Positions 11,680 through 21,478 of a stretch of DNA of 64,000 nt are shown here, one piece after another (positions within the stretch are counted from its first letter, which is position 1; each line of letters begins with the position of its first letter). Source of the DNA: an uncultured Rhabdochlamydiaceae bacterium (GTDB lineage Bacteria; Chlamydiota; Chlamydiia; Chlamydiales; Rhabdochlamydiaceae). The DNA lies in NCBI GenBank assembly GCA_963712275.1, contig CAVQHD010000001.1:1312001-1376000 (forward strand), read 5' to 3'. The notes beneath the pieces were generated by a model that saw only the letters and a program-made list of their open reading frames with translations, was not told the DNA's origin and made no database searches. A program made the translations under genes and the position numbers.

Positions 11680-12504
11680 TTATCTTGATTTTCCGACCCA
11701 GCGGAGCTTGGAGCGGAGGGTTGAAAAATAGTCTTGTCGGTGGAGGTTGACAAGTTTGAATTTGCGGCTGCTGCGGCGGATCCGAAATGTTTCGCCCGTG
11801 GCAAGAGGGAAGGGGGGAAGTCCATCGGCTCTGACCTCGACGGGAGGGTAGGGGCTGAGGTATTGGAGCTGAATCTCTTGGTTTGCGGTCAGGACAATAG
11901 GTCTATTGGAGATGGTATGTGGAGAGATGGGGGTGATGACGATTGCTTCAAGCGTTGGACTGACAATGGGTCCGCCGGCTGCTAGAGAATAGGCGGTCGA
12001 ACCAGTGGGGGTGGCAATGATGATTCCGTCGGCTTCAAAGGTGTTGAGGTAAAGGCCGCCGACATGGATGGAAATTTCGATCATGCTGGGATTAGGGGAT
12101 CTATGGATGACGATGTCATTGACTGCAAAACAAGAGGCTGCTTCCAGAATGAGTCTTTCTTCGATGGTATAGGCTCCCTTGATGAGATCTTCCAGGCTAG
12201 GATAGAGATCGTCGATCTGCACGTCGGCCATAAAGCCGAGGTGGCCAGTATTGATGCCTAAAATGGGGGCATCGATGTTGGGGTATTGATGCGCAAGGCT
12301 TAAGATAGTCCCGTCTCCTCCAAGAGAGAGGATAAAATCAATAGCGGAAGGGTCGGCCTTGGAAAGGGGAGTTGCGTTGAATGCTTCAGCGTCGGAGTCC
12401 TCTGTCACGACTTGAACGCCGTGTGTCAAAAAAAATTCTCGAACTTTGAAGGCAAGCTCCTTCGATTGCCGAAGATGGTGGCTGGGGAAAAGAGCGACGA
12501 TCAT
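11680..12504 (-). CDS. nadK: NAD kinase
   Basis: LGGDGTIL, GINTGHLGF, VND, DGIIIATPTGSTAYSLAAGG. Confidence 0.96.
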   Translation of the reverse strand: MIVALFPSHHLRQSKELAFKVREFFLTHGVQVVTEDSDAEAFNATPLSKADPSAIDFILSLGGDGTILSLAHQYPNIDAPILGINTGHLGFMADVQIDDLYPSLEDLIKGAYTIEERLILEAASCFAVNDIVIHRSPNPSMIEISIHVGGLYLNTFEADGIIIATPTGSTAYSLAAGGPIVSPTLEAIVITPISPHTISNRPIVLTANQEIQLQYLSPYPPVEVRADGLPPFPLATGETFRIRRSSRKFKLVNLHRQDYFSTLRSKLRWVGKSR

Positions 12505-12734
12505 AGGAAAGATTCTTTCACAGGCTCTCCTGCTTCGCTTATGATGAGCTCGCCGGCTCGATTTTTAACGAGGATTTCTATTCTTTTTTCCACCTCGGAG
12601 AGCTTTTTTTGGCAGGAGAGAATCAAGCTATCGGCCTCTTCATACAACTTTAAGGAGTCGTCGAGGGCAACTTTGCCCGAATTCATCGCCTCCAAGATTT
12701 TTTCAAGCCTTTGATATGCCTCTTCAAACTTCAT
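12501..12734 (-). CDS. xseB: exodeoxyribonuclease VII small subunit
   Basis: FEEAYQRLEKI..LDDSLKLYEE; overlaps the xseA stop. Confidence 0.93.
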   Translation of the reverse strand: MKFEEAYQRLEKILEAMNSGKVALDDSLKLYEEADSLILSCQKKLSEVEKRIEILVKNRAGELIISEAGEPVKESFL

Positions 12735-13989
12735 AAATTTGTCCTTTCACAGCTCCATCATGTAAAACGATCCGAACTCGATCATCGATCTGGAGATCTT
12801 TAGAAGAAACAATAGCTGAGTGGCTGTTTTCTCGAAAGAGAATGGAGTACCCTTTTTTTAAAAGATTTTTAGGATCAATTGCTTTTAAATGAGCGGTGAG
12901 CTGCTGAAGTTTTTCTTTGAGATGGACGATCCGGATGCGGGGATCGGCGCCCGTCAGCTGTCTTTTGAGCCCCTCGAGCTGGAGCTGTTTGGAGTGGAGA
13001 AGCTGCTTAATAGTCTGCTCGGCTCTATCGGCGTAGTCATCGAGTCGTTGAGATGCGTTTTCAAGAAGGGCAAAAGGAGACGAAAGAAGGGGGTGCCTTT
13101 GAAGGCTCTGAACTTTTTGATGGGAGGCGCTTATTAGGTAAGCCATCGATTGATCGACCCGCTTTTGAAGGGCGCTAAGGTGGGCAAGATGCTGATCTGC
13201 AGCGGCCATCACAATCTCTGCGGCCGCAGAAGGGGTGGGCGCGCGCAAGTCTGCCACGAAATCGGAAATGGAGAAATCGGTTTCATGGCCGACAGCTGAG
13301 ATTACCGGGATTTGGGAGCGGTAAATGGCCTGCGCGACGATCTCTTCATTAAAAGGCCAGAGATCTTCAAGACTTCCTCCGCCTCGGCCGATGATGAGGA
13401 CATCGGCAAGCTGGTACCGATTGAACTCATCAATTGCCTTGGCGATCTCTTGCGCTGCGCCCTCTCCTTGGACTTTCACAGGGCTTAAGATGAGGTGAAA
13501 GCCCGCATGTCTGCGGCTTAAAATATTTAAGATATCTTGAATGACAGCGCCCGTGGGGCTTGTGACAACACCGATTGTTTTGGGAGAGGTGGGGAGCGGC
13601 TTTTTACGCCCTTTGTCAAACCACCCCAGCCCTTCAAGCTTTGTTTTAAGGGTATGGAGTTTTAAGAGAAGTTCGCCGACGCCTGCAAACTGCAGCTGTC
13701 GAATAATGAGTTGGTAATTGCCTCGAGGGGCATAGACACTGATTTCCCCTTGGACGATCACCTGGTCGCCGTTTTTGGGAAGGCGAGTAAGTCCTATTGC
13801 ATTGCCTCGAAATAAAACGGCGGAGATCTGCGCTTCGGCATCTTTTAGGGTTAGATAAAGATGTCCGGAAGATTGTTCTTTAAAATTGGTAATTTCTCCT
13901 TGAACTTTGACAACTGGAAACCTCCCTTCAAGAAGTTTTTTAATCGAAAGGGTCAGCTCGGAGACGGATAAAATGCCACTGGCTTGCAT
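12724..13989 (-). CDS. xseA: exodeoxyribonuclease VII large subunit
   Basis: SGHLYLTLKD, VTSPTGAV, RGGGSLEDL, SAVGHETD, APTPSAAAE. Confidence 0.96.
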   Translation of the reverse strand: MQASGILSVSELTLSIKKLLEGRFPVVKVQGEITNFKEQSSGHLYLTLKDAEAQISAVLFRGNAIGLTRLPKNGDQVIVQGEISVYAPRGNYQLIIRQLQFAGVGELLLKLHTLKTKLEGLGWFDKGRKKPLPTSPKTIGVVTSPTGAVIQDILNILSRRHAGFHLILSPVKVQGEGAAQEIAKAIDEFNRYQLADVLIIGRGGGSLEDLWPFNEEIVAQAIYRSQIPVISAVGHETDFSISDFVADLRAPTPSAAAEIVMAAADQHLAHLSALQKRVDQSMAYLISASHQKVQSLQRHPLLSSPFALLENASQRLDDYADRAEQTIKQLLHSKQLQLEGLKRQLTGADPRIRIVHLKEKLQQLTAHLKAIDPKNLLKKGYSILFRENSHSAIVSSKDLQIDDRVRIVLHDGAVKGQIYEV

Positions 13990-14019
13990 TTGCACTCTCC
14001 TTTAGATTACAATGGAAGG

Positions 14020-14766
14020 ATGTTAAAAAGTAAGCCTATTATTGCCGCCAATTGGAAAATGCACAAGACGAGACGCGAGGTGGAAGATTTTTTTAAGACC
14101 TTCAAGCTGGAGGATGAAGAGAAGCAGATTTGGATTGCCCCTTCTGCAACTCTCATACACCTCGCAGCAGAGCGGACCACAGGGTCACCCATCTGGATAG
14201 GAGCGCAAAATATTTATTTTGAGTCTCAGGGCGCTTTTACAGGGGAGACCTCGGCAGCTCAGGCAGCTGATGCTGGAGCACGGTTTGTCATCATCGGCCA
14301 TTCAGAGAGACGGTGTCTTTTTGGTGAAACGAGCGTCCAGATTGCCCTGAAGATTGAGCAGGCCTTAAATCATCGTCTAATTCCTCTTCTTTGCGTTGGG
14401 GAGTCGCATGAAGAAAGGCAGGAGGGAAAAACAGCGGCTATTTTAAAAACCCAATTAACACAAGCGCTTCAAAAAATCTCTTTATTTGAGGGGGTTATTG
14501 CCTACGAGCCGGTTTGGGCAATTGGCACAGGGCAGAGTGCAACTGCTGGAGTCATTGAAGAGGCGCACGCGATTTGCCGTGCCGTTTTAACCCAAATGTG
14601 GGGGCATGCCGCTGCAGAGCGCATTCCGGTTCTGTATGGAGGGTCGGTGACGCATGAGAATGCCGCCTTCCTTTCTCGCATAAAAGGAGTTGACGGCGTG
14701 CTGGTAGGTGGTGCATCCTTAGAAGTACGTTCATTCACATCGATTATTCAAGGTTACGGAGTATGA
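14020..14766 (+). CDS. tpiA: triosephosphate isomerase
   Basis: ANWKM, GHSERR, AYEPVWAIGTG, YGGSV, VGGASL; ATG at 14020. Confidence 0.97.
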   Translation: MLKSKPIIAANWKMHKTRREVEDFFKTFKLEDEEKQIWIAPSATLIHLAAERTTGSPIWIGAQNIYFESQGAFTGETSAAQAADAGARFVIIGHSERRCLFGETSVQIALKIEQALNHRLIPLLCVGESHEERQEGKTAAILKTQLTQALQKISLFEGVIAYEPVWAIGTGQSATAGVIEEAHAICRAVLTQMWGHAAAERIPVLYGGSVTHENAAFLSRIKGVDGVLVGGASLEVRSFTSIIQGYGV

Positions 14767-15053
14767 TGTTTTTATTTTATCTTGCCATCGTTCTTTTTGT
14801 TCTTTTGTGCGGGGTCCTTTGTCTTACGATTCTTGTTCAAGAAAGCAAAAGTTTGGGACTTGGAGCTTCATTTGGAGGAGATGCCGGAGAGTCGCTCTTT
14901 GGAACTTCAACAGCAGCTGTTCTTAAAAAATTTACAGCTTGGCTTGGGGTCGTGTTTATTATTGCCTGTGTGTTGCTCTCGATTTGGTCTTCAGCTATCA
15001 GCGAGGGAGCGGTTGAATCTCTTCCTATGACAATTGAGGAGATGCACCCTTGA
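14763..15053 (+). CDS. secG: preprotein translocase subunit SecG
   Basis: Two TM segments; ILVQESKSLGLGASFGG; follows tpiA. Confidence 0.92.
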   Translation: MMFLFYLAIVLFVLLCGVLCLTILVQESKSLGLGASFGGDAGESLFGTSTAAVLKKFTAWLGVVFIIACVLLSIWSSAISEGAVESLPMTIEEMHP

Positions 15054-15577
15054 ACCTGCCTCTTTGCTACTATGGGAATCCCATCTTGCGCAAAAAAGCA
15101 GAGCCTATCGTAGAAATCACGGATGAGATCCGTCATCTTGCCCAAGAGATGGTTGAAACCATGGACAGCAATAACGGGATCGGGCTTGCTGCCCCTCAGA
15201 TTGGCCGCTCCATCCGCTTCTTTGTTCTTCGTCGGTATTTGCATGCGACAGATGACAAATGGACTCTTTCTGCCGATCCTGTTGTTTACATCAATCCGAA
15301 AATTGTATCCCATAGCACAGAGACATGGATCACAGATGAAGGATGCCTTTCAATTCCTAAAATCTATCTTCCTGTTGAAAGGCCGATCAAAATCAAAGTT
15401 GAATCGACACGCCTCGATGGGACTCATGTGATCGAAGAGCTTGAAGGGATGAACGCCCGGGTTATTCTTCACGAAAATGACCATATCAACGGCGTTCTCT
15501 TCATCGATCGCGTGGAAAAGAAATTTCTGCACGACGTTGAAGGTAAGCTTCGGGCCCTCAAGCTTAAGTATGCATAA
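15050..15577 (+). CDS. def: peptide deformylase
   Basis: GIGLAAPQIG, EGCLS, HENDHING. Confidence 0.97.
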   Translation: MNLPLCYYGNPILRKKAEPIVEITDEIRHLAQEMVETMDSNNGIGLAAPQIGRSIRFFVLRRYLHATDDKWTLSADPVVYINPKIVSHSTETWITDEGCLSIPKIYLPVERPIKIKVESTRLDGTHVIEELEGMNARVILHENDHINGVLFIDRVEKKFLHDVEGKLRALKLKYA

Positions 15578-15593
15578 AGAGGGAGCTCCCTCT
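15578..15593 (+). terminator. short palindrome after def, possible terminator
   Basis: agagggagctccctct perfect palindrome immediately after the stop; weak U-tract. Confidence 0.4.
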
Positions 15594-15686
15594 AAGTTGT
15601 TGATAGTTAATCATTAAAATAATTTTTTTAAATGCAAAAATTACATTATAATTAATTTAATTTTTAGTGTATAATTAATTATTAAT

Positions 15687-17375
15687 ATGATTCCACATAG
15701 TTTTATTAACCAGTTTGTAAATTTATGTAAACATACCTACGGGACTCCTATCACGGCCGCTCCTGAGGGTCCTTCCCTATTGAGCCAAATTCAAAATGTG
15801 GCAAATAGCCTAGGAGGCGCCCACCTGATTGCCAAGGGTAAATCTCATATGGCGCAATCAGTAGGCACAGCCTTAGGAGCATCTTATCCCGAAGCCGTGG
15901 TGGCCTTTTCTTTGGTCAGGAGAGCTGCTGGAGAGATGATCCCAGATTCCAATGAAAAAGAGGCTTCCCCAAAAAAAGAGTGGGTTGTTTGGTCTGCAGG
16001 GGCGGCAGCTGGACTGACTGTTTGGGCTTTATCGATCAGTTTATCGTATCTGGCTTCTGATGCGTCGGCAGAGCTGCAGGCGATTGCTTTCATGGTTAAA
16101 AGCGCCGGAATGATTCTTGGGGGAATGGAAGGGCAGGCTTTCATAGGTCAAAAGACGCCTGCTTCCCATCCAACTCGAGCATTACAGAGTTTAATTGCTC
16201 GAGATCTAGTGGAAGCCGTAGGAAGATCGATTCCCGTTCCCCTCTCTTTAACCCTTGTTGCAAGTGTGGTCGGAGTTGCCATGAAAACGGTTGCGGGTGT
16301 GACAGGGTATTATGCCGAACCTCTTTCTCATTTAGCGGTTGAAATCTATCATCGAGAGCCTTCAACCACAAATCCGTACAATCCTGGAGAAGTGATCAAA
16401 ACAGTCAATCAGCTGTGTGGAGAAGTTTTCTTAGGCCCTCAGCAACTGGCTGCGCAATTGAAATGCCACTTATTCGTCGGAGGGATGGCTCATTCCATTC
16501 TAAAAGGGGTCATTGAGGATAAAATCGCCACCAATGTCATGGTTCGGTCGTTGAACCAGTATCGAAAAGTGGTCCAAGATCCTCAGATCCAGCTTGCCAT
16601 CGAATACTTTATCAACCCTCAAGCGGCTATTCAAGGTGACGTTATTTCTTTGATTAACAATAAGATATATGATGCAGCAGGGCTTAGCATGACTGAATGG
16701 GCGATTGTAAAAATATTTCAAAATCGTAACTCTGAGACCATTTTTGCAAAAGTTAAGCAAATGACATCCCAGATTCAAGCAGGGGAAATACAGCTGATTG
16801 GATTTGCCCTATCAAATCGTGATAAAATGGAGCAGCTTCTTAGAGTCCATGCGGTCTGTTATTTGCCGCTTGCTTTGATTCACTTGATGAGAAGCACATC
16901 GACACGCCTAGATGATGAAGCAGAAAAAGAGCCTGATTTAACAGAGGATGAAGTCCATGATTTCTACTTGAGCGCCAATGAGATTCTTTTTAGCCCCTAT
17001 GCAGATTATCGATGGGCTAAGGGGATAAAAAAAATGATTGGATATGGCCTTCCTTTTATTCTGAAAGATAAAAAAATCGTGCCTTTATTGATGGAAAAAA
17101 TCGTTCAAGGAGAAGTTGCAAAGTATACCCCTTCAGATAAAGCGGTTTCTTTAAAGGCACAAGTCCGCACACAATTGTTTAAGGTTTTCAGAGCTTTTTG
17201 GGATTTTTTTGATAAGGCAACTCGTCGATTAAGAGGACAGATACGGAGTCTACAGCACGCAAAACGGTATGCTCAAATGAAAAAACAGGAGCTATCGACA
17301 GAGAAGCACCGAGTGCCTAAGGAGTTTTCGATGAGCAGGACATTTCTAGATTCTAAGAAAAGAAGGCGTAGCTAA
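15687..17375 (+). CDS. hypothetical protein with several hydrophobic Gly/Ala-rich segments
   Basis: 562-aa ORF after an AT-rich intergenic region; basic C-terminus SKKRRRS. Confidence 0.7.
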   Translation: MIPHSFINQFVNLCKHTYGTPITAAPEGPSLLSQIQNVANSLGGAHLIAKGKSHMAQSVGTALGASYPEAVVAFSLVRRAAGEMIPDSNEKEASPKKEWVVWSAGAAAGLTVWALSISLSYLASDASAELQAIAFMVKSAGMILGGMEGQAFIGQKTPASHPTRALQSLIARDLVEAVGRSIPVPLSLTLVASVVGVAMKTVAGVTGYYAEPLSHLAVEIYHREPSTTNPYNPGEVIKTVNQLCGEVFLGPQQLAAQLKCHLFVGGMAHSILKGVIEDKIATNVMVRSLNQYRKVVQDPQIQLAIEYFINPQAAIQGDVISLINNKIYDAAGLSMTEWAIVKIFQNRNSETIFAKVKQMTSQIQAGEIQLIGFALSNRDKMEQLLRVHAVCYLPLALIHLMRSTSTRLDDEAEKEPDLTEDEVHDFYLSANEILFSPYADYRWAKGIKKMIGYGLPFILKDKKIVPLLMEKIVQGEVAKYTPSDKAVSLKAQVRTQLFKVFRAFWDFFDKATRRLRGQIRSLQHAKRYAQMKKQELSTEKHRVPKEFSMSRTFLDSKKRRRS

Positions 17376-17379
17376 GAAA

Positions 17380-17625
17380 TTATTTATTTACGGGCCCTAA
17401 AAGCTCATCCACTGGAATAACCGCTTGCGTAGTGAGCTCTTCGACAGACCTGCCCATAAACACTTGCACAGAGCAGCCACGGCTTTTATATAATTCCAAA
17501 ACTTTTTGAGTCAGTTTGCTTATATCAGCCGCCGCCTCTGCAAAGAGGTAAGAAGAAGGAGGTGCCACTCGTCCACTTTCTACTCTGGAGACTTCGAAAA
17601 CAATGCATAAAGATGAAATGGTCAT
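17380..17625 (-). CDS. small hypothetical protein downstream of the disrupted RelA/SpoT-domain gene
   Basis: 81 aa; starts 12 bp after the reconstructed stop at 17638. Confidence 0.5.
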   Translation of the reverse strand: MTISSLCIVFEVSRVESGRVAPPSSYLFAEAAADISKLTQKVLELYKSRGCSVQVFMGRSVEELTTQAVIPVDELLGPVNK

Positions 17626-17751
17626 AGAGTTCTTATTTTATAGTTTTGCCTGTTGGTTTCGTTGCTTCTGAAGTACAGTTTCTACGATTTCCCTCAATAG
17701 GTCAAGGGCGGAAATCAGTGCCTCGTCTGTGAGCTTTTCCGTCAGGACAAT

Positions 17752-19066
17752 CAGGGCCTTCTGATGAAAAAGTTTTGACAGATTACCTCACAAATATCTT
17801 GCCTAAAATTCCTCTGAGATATTTCGGCTCATAAGTGCAACATTTTCGAGCAGTAGAGAATCCTCGGTCGGGGTCTATTGCTTTGATTATATTCATAGAA
17901 AGACGCCTAAAAAAAGCCATGTTTTCAGCTATGAACCCAGCTTTTGCTTGAGCATCGTCTTCCTTGAAGATTACATCCAAGACCCAATGCAAAGGATTTT
18001 CAATTGACCAATGACCTCGGGTCCATCCTGCAAATTCCTTTGCGGTGCCTTTTCGGCTTGAGAAGTAATATCGGATTTCGGAAGTCTTTTTACTATTTAT
18101 CTCCCTTTCAGAGACTACTTCAACGATGGCCTTTAAGGCAGGCCAGGTTGCCGTTTGCGGCAACCAGTCCAATACTGTACATACGCATATCGATCGTTGT
18201 TCGATTCTACCGTGACCTTTTTCTGGAGAAGGAAGATACCTTTCCACTTCGACTTCTTCATATTCGGCTTCTCGAGCCTGATCGAAAAAATTCTGTGCTT
18301 CAGCATGGAAATTCCCCTGGTTTCCCTTGAGTCCAATCAGATAATCAGCTCCATGATTTAAAAACTTTTGTGCACTTGCAACATGAGCAAAAAGGGCATC
18401 TGTCGAGATCAGGGCGCCATTTACATCTACGTCTTTCAACAAAGCATCAATTACTCTTGGCTCTGACGACTTATCTGGCACTTTTTCCTGGGCCAGTACA
18501 AGCCTTTGTTCGGCTGCAAATAACTCGACAAGGTGAACGAGACTGTCTGTCGTAGAGACCCCCTTCAGACGTTTGCCGTCGATGACAAGTAGTTGGTCTT
18601 GTAATTGCTGAGGAATGTTCGCAAACCACTTTTTTAGCAATTGCTTAAAAACCCCTGGGGATAACCTTGCAAGAAGCCACCAGAGTGTATCATAGGAGGG
18701 CGCTGGGAAAGTCCGATTGACTGACTTGTTGATCCATTCAATATTGAGCTCGGCATAGACGGCAAGATCGGCCACAGTATCAGCTCCACTGAGATATCCG
18801 CTAAGAATGACCAACATCAAAAACCAAAACGGGTATTGGATCTTGGAAAGCTGCCTTGGGTCATCCGTATCTGGGAAAGCTCCTTGGACGGAGCCTGCAA
18901 ATTGTTCTATATCAATGTCTTGTTTTAGTTCAGAAAATCGTGGGTCTCTGGTTTTTCGACTGGGCATATTCACTCTCCTATATCGGAGAGATGAAAACAA
19001 AAGACTTTGATTTATAGCCAAGAAAATTTTACGCGACTGTCAAAACTTTTTCATCAGAAGGCCCTG
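17752..19066 (-). mobile_element. ISAs1-family insertion sequence (1315 bp)
   Basis: 30-bp perfect terminal IR cagggccttctgatgaaaaagttttgacag; 10-bp TSD tcaggacaat at 17742-17751 and 19067-19076. Confidence 0.95.
17783..18967 (-). CDS. ISAs1-family transposase
   Basis: DDPRQ, PSYDT, IDGKRLKG, TDAL, LKGNQ, KGHGRIEQR, RGHWSIENPLHWVLDV; ATG 18967 with RBS. Confidence 0.95.
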   Translation of the reverse strand: MPSRKTRDPRFSELKQDIDIEQFAGSVQGAFPDTDDPRQLSKIQYPFWFLMLVILSGYLSGADTVADLAVYAELNIEWINKSVNRTFPAPSYDTLWWLLARLSPGVFKQLLKKWFANIPQQLQDQLLVIDGKRLKGVSTTDSLVHLVELFAAEQRLVLAQEKVPDKSSEPRVIDALLKDVDVNGALISTDALFAHVASAQKFLNHGADYLIGLKGNQGNFHAEAQNFFDQAREAEYEEVEVERYLPSPEKGHGRIEQRSICVCTVLDWLPQTATWPALKAIVEVVSEREINSKKTSEIRYYFSSRKGTAKEFAGWTRGHWSIENPLHWVLDVIFKEDDAQAKAGFIAENMAFFRRLSMNIIKAIDPDRGFSTARKCCTYEPKYLRGILGKIFVR

Positions 19067-19572
19067 TCAGGACAATGGGCTCTTTGGCAACAAGACTGGC
19101 AGTCTCGCTGAGAGCACCAAATCTTTGCATTGATAGAACAACCTCCAATTCTTCCTTTGTCGGGTTCAACCCAATGGTGTTTCTTTTGTAGATCACGTTG
19201 TGAAATAGATCTGCCACTGTGGTGCTTGTAAGAGTTGTGATCTGAAGCTCAAATATAAGGCCTGTTGTTAAATCTTTCATTGTACAAGGGATCACTTTGT
19301 AAGCTCCATCTTTGCGGATGGTGTTATATTTGTTGTCCAACTCGAGAAATTCAACTCCTTCTTTTCTAAGCACTTGAATTACTTCATAAATTTCAGAAGA
19401 AGAAGAGCAGGTAATCCGGCAGCCGCATCCATCGACAATATCAGCCGCAGTAATCGATTGCTTTGACTGCTCTAATTGGTTTTTTTCACACAAACGGCCG
19501 CATTTATCGAGGAAGGAACGGGCCGACTTCACTCTTGCTGTCACCATATGATCAGGGAAAAGCCTATTGAGT

Positions 19573-21478
19573 CCCGAGTTTGACAGCTAATCGCGTTTTT
19601 TGAGCCTGTTCCTCTATGAGGAGTCTTGGAAAAACCGGAAAATGTAATGAACACCATTGGAAAAATTTATCAATGAAAAATTGACAAAAAAGAAATGAAC
19701 ACGATATCTATGTTGTTATGTTCATAAAAATCACTAAAAATAAAAAGGGCGTCTCTTACTACCATCTTGTGGAGTCTTATCGTGATCAAGGCAAGGTGAG
19801 ACAACGTACTCTGCTGTCGCTAGGAAAAGTGGGAGAAGATGGACTCGATAAGTTGATCTCAGCCATCAGCAAACATAAAGAAATTCTTACCGCAGTCGAG
19901 GCAGCCAAATCACTCGATATTGAGGACACGTATACTCTGGGGCCTCTCTTAGCCGTGCAACATATCTTCAACCTCTTTGGTATTGATCGTATTCTCCATA
20001 AAATCACTGCACAACATCCTCAACTGGAATTCGACCTCTGTCAAGTCATTTTCACTATGATCATATGTCGTTTCCTTCGACCAAGCTCAAAGCTCAAGGT
20101 TTTCGAGCGATGGCAAGATAGGTTGTATCCAGAGATGCTTTCTAAGAAAGCCGAGTTACAGTACTTCTATCGATCCTTAGATTTTCTTAGCGATCATAAA
20201 GAACAGATAGAAAATGAGCTGTATTGGAATAATCGTAATCTACTCACCTTATCAGTCGATGTAGTCCTCTACGATCTCACCACCTTGCGTTTCGAAAGCA
20301 CCAGAGAAGACCTAGGAGAGCTTCGCCGTTTTGGATATTCCAAAGAGATGCGCAGCGATTGTACGCAAATCATACTCGGGCTACTCGTTGACACTGACGG
20401 CATTCCTCTTGGTTTTGAGGTCTACCCTGGCAATACTTTCGAGGGAGCAACTCTGGTTGATATTGTCCAACGGATACGCACCAAATTCAAAGTGCGAAGA
20501 TTTATCTTTGTGGCCGATCGAGGGCTCTTCTCTGCAAAAAATCTGGACCATATCCGAACTCTGTGCGGGCATCAAAGGGACGGAGAGTTTATCGTAGGCA
20601 TGAAACTAGGGCAGATCAAACAGCGTCATGACGAATTCTACGATCGCAACCGCTTTACCAAAGTGAACGACGGTCTAGAATGGTATGAGACAAAGCATGG
20701 CAATGACCGTTGTATCATCACATGGTCCCGTCAACGCGCTGAACGCGACAGAAAAACCCGAGAAGACATTTTAGAAAAACTCACAAAGAAGATCTTCAAG
20801 AAAAAGAAAACGACTCCCAAGGATTTTGTAACAAACAAAAACTACAACAAATACGTTGCTGGTTTACAAGATGGCACCCCTCAACTCAACAAAGAGGCAA
20901 TTGCAAAGGAAGCGCTTAAGGATGGTTTTTTTGGAGTCATCACCAATGTATCCGCGGATCAGATGAACGCGAGCGAGATCCTCACTGCGTATAAGCACCT
21001 CTGGATAGTAGAAGATGCGTTTGGAGAAATCAAAGGGACTCTCAAAACTCGTCCCCTCTATCACTGGAATGACAATCGCATTAGAGGGCACCTCACCATG
21101 TGCTTTCTCGCCTACTTTTGCGAAGCGCAGATGACTAAATTGCTCCGAGAAAAAGGAGTGATATTGGAGAGCAAGGCGATCGATGAAGGTCAGATTGGCA
21201 AGAGACCCCTAACCGTACTAGAGGCCATGCAAGAATTAGCAGAAGTAAGAGCAATGCCTGTTAAGCTCAAAGATAATCTCGTGTGGGTTAGGAACGACAT
21301 CAAAGGCAATGCTGCACAGCTTCTCAAGGCTATCGGTACGCCAATTCCTCCAAAAGTCTTAAAACATATTTCACTCTAGATCCGCCTATTCCCTTAAAAA
21401 TGTAGTGGCACACGTATTTTTATTTTTCATAAGTTGCTATAAAACAGAAACTTGCAAAAATCAGCTGTCAAACTCGGG
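19573..21478 (+). mobile_element. IS1634-family insertion sequence (1906 bp)
   Basis: Terminal IR cccgagtttgacagct; 76-bp direct repeats at 19497-19572 and 21479-21554. Confidence 0.95.
19718..21379 (+). CDS. IS1634-family transposase
   Basis: LVESYR, YDLTT, FGYSKEMRSD, VADRGL, VEDAF..K..LKTRPLYHW. Confidence 0.95.
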   Translation: MFIKITKNKKGVSYYHLVESYRDQGKVRQRTLLSLGKVGEDGLDKLISAISKHKEILTAVEAAKSLDIEDTYTLGPLLAVQHIFNLFGIDRILHKITAQHPQLEFDLCQVIFTMIICRFLRPSSKLKVFERWQDRLYPEMLSKKAELQYFYRSLDFLSDHKEQIENELYWNNRNLLTLSVDVVLYDLTTLRFESTREDLGELRRFGYSKEMRSDCTQIILGLLVDTDGIPLGFEVYPGNTFEGATLVDIVQRIRTKFKVRRFIFVADRGLFSAKNLDHIRTLCGHQRDGEFIVGMKLGQIKQRHDEFYDRNRFTKVNDGLEWYETKHGNDRCIITWSRQRAERDRKTREDILEKLTKKIFKKKKTTPKDFVTNKNYNKYVAGLQDGTPQLNKEAIAKEALKDGFFGVITNVSADQMNASEILTAYKHLWIVEDAFGEIKGTLKTRPLYHWNDNRIRGHLTMCFLAYFCEAQMTKLLREKGVILESKAIDEGQIGKRPLTVLEAMQELAEVRAMPVKLKDNLVWVRNDIKGNAAQLLKAIGTPIPPKVLKHISL